Positions 1 to 6,506 of a stretch of DNA of 46,022 bases are shown here, in pieces. Position numbers and translations under genes: made by a program. The notes beneath the pieces are model-generated. The model was not told the origin of the DNA, did not search any database, and saw only the letters and a list, made by a program, of their open reading frames with translations. Each line of letters starts with the position of its first letter. The first letter of the stretch is position 1. The DNA lies in the IMG/VR virus record IMGVR_UViG_3300045988_121238, one strand, 5' to 3'. Source of the DNA: a virus.

Positions 1-145
1 GAGGTTCACGACATGAAGGAGGGTCATGAGGTGAAGGAGGTTCACGACATGAAGGGGGGTGGTTCATCTCATGAAGGAGGGGTGGTTCATCTCGTGAAGG
101 GGGGTGGTTCATCTCATGAAGGAGGGGTGGTTCACGTGGTGAACC
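1..145. repeat. Iteron array (candidate ori), right-hand part
   Basis: 18-nt units GTTCACGACATGAAGGAG / GGTCATGAGGTGAAGGAG at 4-57. Three ~22-nt units GGTGGTTCATCTC(A/G)TGAAGG(A/G)GG at 59-126. Palindrome GGTTCAC-GTG-GTGAACC at about 128-144. Confidence 0.75.
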
Positions 146-570
146 CTAACAAGGAAGTAGAACAGGGAAAGGAACAGATAACTGGAACAGGGAAGGAAAC
201 AGGGAATAGCTTGCCCGCGCAAGCGCCGTGGGAAACCGATCATTTTGACAACACCGTCAAAAAGATCGAAAAGCCGAAGGCAACAAGAGCCAAGCCTAAA
301 ACTTCCTGTCCTTTCTCTCCTGACGATCCCATTCCGACTGAATACCTCGAGTACGCACAGGCAAAGCATCCAAGCATCAACGCTCAGACGGAGTTCACCA
401 AGTTCGTCAACTTCCACCTTTCCAAAGACAACCGGTTCAGCAACTGGCTGGCCGCCTGGAGAACGTGGGCGACGAAAGCAGAAGAGTTCGCAAAGAAAAC
501 CCCAACCTACACATCCAACCGCTTCGTAGAGAAAAAGCAATCTGAACGCAATTACTCACTTGACTGGTGA
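1..570 (+). CDS. Replication initiator (lambda-O-like role), C-terminal part. Continues from 45621..46022 across the circular junction.
   Basis: This frame is open from nt 1 (the 13..570 track ORF is the same frame). It carries the same EVHDMKEGHEVK repeat as the ORF running off the right window end. The tail ...FTKFVNFHLSKDNRFSNWLAAWRTWATKAEEF is followed directly by a DnaC-like loader gene. Confidence 0.7.
   Translation, partial: EVHDMKEGHEVKEVHDMKGGGSSHEGGVVHLVKGGGSSHEGGVVHVVNPNKEVEQGKEQITGTGKETGNSLPAQAPWETDHFDNTVKKIEKPKATRAKPKTSCPFSPDDPIPTEYLEYAQAKHPSINAQTEFTKFVNFHLSKDNRFSNWLAAWRTWATKAEEFAKKTPTYTSNRFVEKKQSERNYSLDW
160..205. repeat. Four purine-rich rAACAGrrA repeats next to the iterons
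   Basis: GAACAGGGA (160), GAACAGATA (172), GAACAGGGA (185) and AAACAGGGA (197), spaced 12-13 nt apart. Confidence 0.6.
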
Positions 571-574
571 ATCA

Positions 575-1432
575 ATGACCAAGACTCTTACTCAGCTTTC
601 CATCGGCATTACGGTGCCGACCTCTAAGGAGGTCTCGTTTGACTGTCCTATCCACGGCCTCCAGACGTACACCACCTATCAGCGTCCTGACGGCTCGTGG
701 GCTGATCCGTACTGTCCTGAATGCAAGCGCATTGTCTCCGAACGTGAAAGCCTTCTGGAGATCCTTCAGGCCGACGCCAAGCAGCGTGCTGTTGAACTCG
801 CCCATCATCTTCACTACGAGCGTCCTTTGGACTTCGACACTCCGACCTTTGAGAACTACATCCCAGAAACCACGGAGGAGGAAAAAAACCTCGCAATCTG
901 CCGCCGGTTTGCCGAGCGTTTTACTGAACGAGAACTTGAGCGTGAGAGGGCGCATAACGCTCAAGATCAGTTCTGGCGAAAGAAGAACTCAACAGGCCTT
1001 CTTCTCTTTGGCAACTATGGCACGGGCAAAACGCACCTTGTTTACTCGATCCTGAAAGAACTCGATCGACAGGGATTGCCTGGCTTTTACATCACGATTC
1101 CCGACCTCTTTGACCGTCTCAGCGATCGAACGAATCAAGTTGACAATGCCGCTGTACTGGCAAAGCTGTGCATGGTTTCCTGTCTTGTACTGGACGAGAT
1201 TGGTGTGCAGTCCGGTTCGGAATACGAAAAGAAGCGCCTTTATCAAATCATCGATGGCCGGATCAAAAACGGTCGTCCAACCATTCTTTTAACAAACCTC
1301 GATCACATCGAGCTGGGAAGACTGTTGACCGAACGCGTCCTGACTCGCGTCACTCAGTCGACTTACAAGCTTCTGTTTACTGGACGCTGCCGACGCGAAC
1401 CTGTCCGCTGTTCTGCTGAGGAGGTGTTCTGA
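575..1432 (+). CDS. DnaC/IstB-like helicase loader ATPase with an N-terminal Cys4 zinc-finger-like motif
   Basis: Walker A GNYGTGKTH and Walker B CLVLDEIG, then RPTILLTN. N-terminal CPIHG...CPECK. ATG at 575 lies in the 560..1432 ORF. Confidence 0.8.
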   Translation: MTKTLTQLSIGITVPTSKEVSFDCPIHGLQTYTTYQRPDGSWADPYCPECKRIVSERESLLEILQADAKQRAVELAHHLHYERPLDFDTPTFENYIPETTEEEKNLAICRRFAERFTERELERERAHNAQDQFWRKKNSTGLLLFGNYGTGKTHLVYSILKELDRQGLPGFYITIPDLFDRLSDRTNQVDNAAVLAKLCMVSCLVLDEIGVQSGSEYEKKRLYQIIDGRIKNGRPTILLTNLDHIELGRLLTERVLTRVTQSTYKLLFTGRCRREPVRCSAEEVF

Positions 1433-1516
1433 TGATCCTCGACGAATTTATAGGACGCAACTGCACGTTTTCGGCTCAATCGCGGCCATTTGTTACCTGC
1501 TTAAGGACGTTTTCCA

Positions 1517-1762
1517 ATGAAATATTTTGAGATTCAGGGCTTTAAAAGCTACTTCGTTCGAGAGGATGGACAGGTCTTCTCTCGCGGTCAGTCGTGGACC
1601 TTCGGCAATTCTCGAACGTCCTGCAAACCCGTGCCACTCAAGCTCTCCAAGTACGGCAAATACTCTCTTCGACGCTGTGCGCAGCCGATTGCTCTGTCGC
1701 CTGAAGAGGTGTGGGAGAGAAAGGGCCAAGAGTTAACGGACGTAACGGAGGGGGCGAAATGA
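1517..1762 (+). pseudogene. N-terminal fragment of a NUMOD4-type (HNH-associated) homing endonuclease
   Basis: FEIQGFKSYFVREDGQVFSRG...KPVPLKLSKYGKYSL matches the NUMOD4 pattern (Y.VS..G.V.S ... GY..v.L). No HNH catalytic region follows, and the ORF is only 81 aa. Confidence 0.45.
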
Positions 1763-2259
1763 GGCGGAAGCATCTGCGCGTATCGGTCCCGTGGCCGTCA
1801 ATTGTCCTTTCTCCCAATGCTCGCGTTCATTGGGCTAAAAAAAGGACAGAGGTCCAGAAAGCAAGGAACTACGCCTACTGGGAGACTTGCTCCCGCGCCC
1901 ACGGTGAGCGCGCCGTTCAGGACACCTACTCGAACGAATCCGGAACGACCGAAGCCAAGATCACCGCCGACCTGTCCCGCATCGACATCTTGTGTCTCGA
2001 CGACGTTGCCGCCGACCCGACAACGTTCGAGTCGAAGCTCCTGACGCGAATCCTCGACGCGCGCTATCGCAACGACCGTCCGACCCTGATCGTCACGAAC
2101 CTGTCCATTCGCGAGAAGTGTGGGAAGCACTCTGAGTTCGACGCCTTCGTCGGGAATCTGGTTGCTTCGCGCGTCCACGAATGCGCGACGTTTGTGGACT
2201 GCACGACGACAGACTTCCGCCGCGGGCTGAAGCAGAGAAAGGTCGATCAAAACAACTGA
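1759..2259 (+). CDS. Chimeric ORF: RusA-like N-terminal segment fused to a DnaC-like C-terminal segment
   Basis: The N-terminus VPWPSIVLSPNARVHWAKKRTEVQKARNYAYWE is RusA-like. The C-terminus ILCLDDV...LLTRILDARYRNDRPTLIVTNLS parallels LVLDEIG...LYQIIDGRIKNGRPTILLTNL of the 575..1432 product. There is no Walker A and no RusA catalytic DxD region. GGAGGGGG precedes the ATG at 1759. Confidence 0.5.
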   Translation: MRRKHLRVSVPWPSIVLSPNARVHWAKKRTEVQKARNYAYWETCSRAHGERAVQDTYSNESGTTEAKITADLSRIDILCLDDVAADPTTFESKLLTRILDARYRNDRPTLIVTNLSIREKCGKHSEFDAFVGNLVASRVHECATFVDCTTTDFRRGLKQRKVDQNN

Positions 2260-2495
2260 AAGGAGACGTCATGACTAAAGTTGGCTTCAACAACCTCCCC
2301 GTTGACGGTTTCAGAGCAGATGCTGGCTTGAGTTAAGATGTAACTACAGGCGCAGCGCAGAGCTCTGGACGCTGTTCCAACTCGGCTACCTCGATACCGT
2401 CCGCGATATGCGGCGCGCTCAGGCGCAAAAGCTCATCGAACGAAAGGCGCTGCCGGAGATGCAGACGTTTTCGGATAAATGCAAGAGGAAAGTAA

Positions 2496-2933
2496 ATGGC
2501 AGAAGCGACTACCGAACCGATTGTCATGTTTTTTGTTCGCGGGATCCCAAAAGGCAAGGCTCGCCCTCGAGTGACAAGGACAGGGCACGCCTACACGCCC
2601 GCGGCGACTGTCGCATGGGAAAACCAGATCAGGCTGGCCGCCGTCCACGCAATGCGAAACGCTCCTATGCCTGACGGACACTTGGTCGTGCGGATGACGT
2701 TCTGTTTTAATCCGCCAAAGTCATACGCGAAAAAGCGCCGTGAATCACTCATGAGCGAGGGCAGGCCGATGCCACATAAGCCAGACATTGACAACCTCGT
2801 CAAAGCCGTGCTCGACGCTTGCAACGGAATCACATATCACGACGACGCAGCCGTTGTTGAGGTCAATGCGAAAAAGCGGTATGGTGCTGAAGATGGCGTC
2901 ATGGTCGCAATTGAAAAACTTATCTTTGAATAG
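2496..2933 (+). CDS. rusA: RusA-family Holliday junction resolvase
   Basis: GKARPRVT...TP..T..WE...; KPDIDNLVKAVLDACNGITYHDDAAVVEV is the RusA acidic catalytic motif. GAGGAAA precedes the ATG. Confidence 0.85.
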   Translation: MAEATTEPIVMFFVRGIPKGKARPRVTRTGHAYTPAATVAWENQIRLAAVHAMRNAPMPDGHLVVRMTFCFNPPKSYAKKRRESLMSEGRPMPHKPDIDNLVKAVLDACNGITYHDDAAVVEVNAKKRYGAEDGVMVAIEKLIFE

Positions 2934-2941
2934 GGAAAAAA

Positions 2942-3124
2942 ATGGAAAAATTGAAGGTCGAATATCGGAATACCTCTGACCTGATTCCTTACGCCAGAAA
3001 TGCGCTAACGCACTCCGAAGAGCAGGTGACGAGACTCGCGTCCAGCATCAAAGAGTTCGGATGGACGAACCCGATCCTAGTGGACGGTGAAGCTCGTTTG
3101 GTCTTTTACGCGATCAAGAATTAA
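2942..3124 (+). pseudogene. ParB-like nuclease-domain N-terminal fragment, probably the remnant of a ParB-domain DNA methyltransferase
   Basis: LIPYARNALTHSEEQVTRLASSIKEFGWTNPILVDGE matches the ParB-N start of phage ParB-methylase fusions. The ORF stops after 60 aa and no methylase motifs follow. Confidence 0.5.
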
Positions 3125-3221
3125 AACAACAAGTTGGCCGAAAACGTTCGTGAGAAACTCATTCGAGCTTCATATGGAAACTTTTTAAAGCGTCAACATG
3201 CTGAATTTAAGAGGAAAGACA

Positions 3222-3611
3222 ATGGGAAGAAAGGAAATACCGATTGATCTGAAAAAGGTCGAAGAGTACGCACAGGTTTGCGACTCAGAGGAGGAAATTG
3301 CGCTTGCTCTTGGCGTTTCATACGCAACCTTGAAGCGTCGAAAAAGGGATTTGGATCTTTTTGCTCAGGCTTTAAAAAGGGGGAGGAGCAAAGCCAACAT
3401 TTTCGTTGGCGGCAAGCTCATGCAAAAGATCAAGGACGGGGACATCGCTGCTACGATCTTTTACTTGAAATCCAGATGCGGATGGAAGGAGGCTCGCGCC
3501 GTAGAGCTGACTGGCAAAAACGGCGGCGCGATTGAGACGAGGTCAGAGGTTGTAGATCTGACGAACGCTCAAAAGGCGCTTCTTGACAAAGTGCTTGACG
3601 AAGAGTTTTAA
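3222..3611 (+). CDS. terS: Terminase small subunit (HTH type)
   Basis: Sits directly upstream of terL. HTH EEIALALGVSYATLKRRKR. ...GDIAATIFYLKSRCGWKE is typical of small-terminase C-regions. GAGGAAA precedes the ATG at 3222. Confidence 0.7.
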   Translation: MGRKEIPIDLKKVEEYAQVCDSEEEIALALGVSYATLKRRKRDLDLFAQALKRGRSKANIFVGGKLMQKIKDGDIAATIFYLKSRCGWKEARAVELTGKNGGAIETRSEVVDLTNAQKALLDKVLDEEF

Positions 3612-3645
3612 TTATTTTGGGCGTGCATGACACGCCCTCATTATT

Positions 3646-5082
3646 ATGTCGATAAGCGAACAACAGTTTTTGGATCACGTGCGCAAGCGGTGCGAGGACG
3701 ATTTCGAGTTCTTTGTGCGGTACTTTTTCAAGACATCAACTGGGCAAAAATTCAGAATCGCGGATTTTCACCGTCAAATTTTTTCGATTCTGACAGACGT
3801 TTGGAACGGCAAGAAAACGCACATCATTATCAACATCCCTCCGCGTCACGGGAAAACCCTGATTGCCGTCAAGATGTTTTCGGCGTGGTGCTTTGCGAAG
3901 AATCCGACTTGCGAATTTATTCATCTTTCGTACTCGGACGAACTTGCGCTTGACAACTCAAATTCAATCAAAGAGCTTGTTTCGTCAAAGGAGTTTCAGC
4001 AACTTTGGCCGACAGAGTTGAAAAAAGAATCGGATCGGGCATGGAAAACAGCGGCAGGCGGAGCGTTCTTTGCGCGTTCAGCAGGCGGCCAGGTGACTGG
4101 TTACGGTGCGGGTAAGGTAAATGACTTCACAGACGGGCACGGATTTGGTGGTGGAATTTTGCTTGACGATTTGCTCAAGCCAGATGATGCCAATTCGGAC
4201 GTGAGGCGAGAGGCTATCAATCGTCGCTGGGACGAAACGATTAAGAGTCGTTTCAACTCGACAAGGACTCCGTGCATCCTCATTATGCAAAGAATCCATG
4301 AGGATGATTTTTGCGCGATGCTGATGCGCGATAAGGAATATCATTTCGAGCGCATCATTTTGCCCGCGTTGCTCAATGAGGGAACGGATCACGAGGAATC
4401 TCTTTGGCCTGACAAGTACACGGTCGAGCAATTGCACGCCATGCGCGACAAAAATGGATACATGTTCGCTGCCCAGATGCAACAAAACCCGAGGCCGCTG
4501 GGCGGCGGAATCATAAAGAGCGCGTGGTTTGGCTACTACGACGTTCTTCCGAAGATCAAGTACCGAGCAATCTTCGTTGATACGGCTCAGAAGGAAAAGG
4601 AGTCGAACGACTACCAAGTTGCAAGCCTGTGGGGGCTTGGAGAAGACGGAGATCTGTACCTCATCGACATGATGCGCGATAAGTTCCAAGCGTATGAGTT
4701 GGAGGTGCGCATCCCTGCGTTTTGGAACAAGGCCAAGGCCGATCGCACATCACAGCTACGTTTCATGGGCGTCGAAGACAAGGCATCCGGAACGCAACTG
4801 ATACAGAACATCAGGCACAAGATCAGACCGGCAATTCCGTTGAAGGAAATAGAACGATCGCGCTCGAAACTAGAGCGCGTCATGGACGTGCAGGGCTACA
4901 TCGAGTCTGGGTACGTGAAACTTCCGCGCAGCGCCTCGTTCTTGAGTGACTTCATTTCCGAATGCGAGGCGTTCACGGCAAACGACAGTCATCCGCACGA
5001 CGACCAGATCGACACTATGTGTGATGCAATTACAATGATGCTGGCAAAGAAACACACGCTTTACGGCGATGTTGAATGGTGA
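3646..5082 (+). CDS. terL: Terminase large subunit
   Basis: Walker A IPPRHGKT and Walker B-like ILLDDLLKPDDA. C-terminal nuclease-type acidic motifs (FVDTA..., HDDQIDTMCDAI). 478 aa. Confidence 0.9.
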   Translation: MSISEQQFLDHVRKRCEDDFEFFVRYFFKTSTGQKFRIADFHRQIFSILTDVWNGKKTHIIINIPPRHGKTLIAVKMFSAWCFAKNPTCEFIHLSYSDELALDNSNSIKELVSSKEFQQLWPTELKKESDRAWKTAAGGAFFARSAGGQVTGYGAGKVNDFTDGHGFGGGILLDDLLKPDDANSDVRREAINRRWDETIKSRFNSTRTPCILIMQRIHEDDFCAMLMRDKEYHFERIILPALLNEGTDHEESLWPDKYTVEQLHAMRDKNGYMFAAQMQQNPRPLGGGIIKSAWFGYYDVLPKIKYRAIFVDTAQKEKESNDYQVASLWGLGEDGDLYLIDMMRDKFQAYELEVRIPAFWNKAKADRTSQLRFMGVEDKASGTQLIQNIRHKIRPAIPLKEIERSRSKLERVMDVQGYIESGYVKLPRSASFLSDFISECEAFTANDSHPHDDQIDTMCDAITMMLAKKHTLYGDVEW

Positions 5083-6506
5083 TGAAAATGACGAATAAGA
5101 GAACAACGCCCATGTCCGACGGCTTGATTAACAAGATGACGGGGCAGGGCACGGACAGGTCGAAGCGATCCCACTTCATTTGGGGCTACGAAAACATCAA
5201 CAACTATCAGGCGTATGAAGCCGCCTATCAGACGTCGTGGATTGCTCGCCGAATTTGCGACGTTGTGGCCGCAGACATGACCAAAATGTGGCGCGAAATC
5301 AAAAGCAACAAGGCTGATGAAATTCGATCCGAAGAAGATCGTCTAATGTTGCCTGCAAAGTTCAATGAGGCCGTGCGCTACGCTCGCCTGTATGGCGGAG
5401 CGGCAATCATCCCGATCACAAATCAAGATTTGCGGCAGCCGCTAGACGCCCGAAAGATCAAAAAGGGCGACCTGAAGCGCCTTTTGGTGCTTGATCGTTG
5501 GTACGTGACCGGTGCAAACATCAACGTTATGGACGTTTTGGACGAGGATTTCAATCTGCCGTCTGAATACTATGTGAACAACTCCAAATCAGTTACCATT
5601 CACAAGTCGCACGTCATCCGAGTCATCGGCGAGCCTTTGCCGATTCGCCTGGCTTTCCAAGCGCAGGGGTGGGGCGATTCGTCGTTGCGCCAGGCAATGG
5701 AAACCGTGGAGGACTTTTTGGCGTCAATCGGGGGCGTTGCAGAGTCCTTGCAGGAATTTAACGTCGACACGATCCGCAAAGACGGCCTGATGGACGAAAT
5801 CGGCACGGATCAGGAAGATCGAATCCTTGCGCGATTCCGTGCTTGGGGCATGATGAAATCGGTCTTCCGCGTTTCGTTGCTCGATGGCGATGAACAGTTC
5901 GAACGCAATCAGCTAACCTACTCGGGCGTTGCTGACATGATCGAGCTGATGATGAAGATGGTTTCGGGCGCGTCGAACATTCCTATGACGAAACTCTTTG
6001 GCGATTCTGCCAAGGGTTTAAACGCAACGGGCGAAGGCGACGAAAAGAACTACTTCGACTACATTTCGTCGCAACAGGCAGCGAAAATTGATCCGGCGCT
6101 TCGCAAGCTGGACGAGATTCTTGTGCGTTCTGCGATTGGCGACTTCCCGCAAGATTTCAACTACGCTTGGAATCCTCTTGCAACGCCGAGCGAAAACGAG
6201 GTTGCAACGGCCAATAAGACGCAGGCCGATGCCGACATTGCGTACCTTGAGGCAAACGTCATCACGGTGTCGCAGATTCAGCGAAACTTGCAAGCCAAGG
6301 AGAAATACCAATTCGACCCGAAGCGCATTGATGAGCTTGAACGCTTTGAAAACGAAATTCCGATGGAGGAAATGCTGAATGAGGGAAATTCGGGCGACGC
6401 GGGCGCAGGCGAAGGCGTTGACGAGCCTCCGCAAAAGAATGCTGACAAGGGCGTTCCCGCAAAGAGTGGAAGTGCAGTACAGGAAAAGCCTGTATCAGGT
6501 TCTTGA
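5076..6506 (+). CDS. Portal protein (DUF1073-like)
   Basis: 476 aa directly after terL. N-region ...YEAAYQTSWIARRICDVVAADMTK resembles the DUF1073 portal family. Low-complexity acidic and Gly-rich tail. Confidence 0.8.
   Translation: MVMKMTNKRTTPMSDGLINKMTGQGTDRSKRSHFIWGYENINNYQAYEAAYQTSWIARRICDVVAADMTKMWREIKSNKADEIRSEEDRLMLPAKFNEAVRYARLYGGAAIIPITNQDLRQPLDARKIKKGDLKRLLVLDRWYVTGANINVMDVLDEDFNLPSEYYVNNSKSVTIHKSHVIRVIGEPLPIRLAFQAQGWGDSSLRQAMETVEDFLASIGGVAESLQEFNVDTIRKDGLMDEIGTDQEDRILARFRAWGMMKSVFRVSLLDGDEQFERNQLTYSGVADMIELMMKMVSGASNIPMTKLFGDSAKGLNATGEGDEKNYFDYISSQQAAKIDPALRKLDEILVRSAIGDFPQDFNYAWNPLATPSENEVATANKTQADADIAYLEANVITVSQIQRNLQAKEKYQFDPKRIDELERFENEIPMEEMLNEGNSGDAGAGEGVDEPPQKNADKGVPAKSGSAVQEKPVSGS

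Noticed and set aside
1-145. Regular short repeats at both window ends as a possible CRISPR array
   Set aside because: The units are contiguous (no spacers), sit in frame within a coding sequence, and resemble replication iterons. No cas genes are present.
2408-2674. 88-aa ORF overlapping the start of rusA. The same frame is open upstream (…ELWTLFQLGYLDTVRD…) but has no start codon.
   Set aside because: It overlaps a well-supported RusA gene out of frame by about 180 nt and has no RBS. At most it is a decayed gene remnant.
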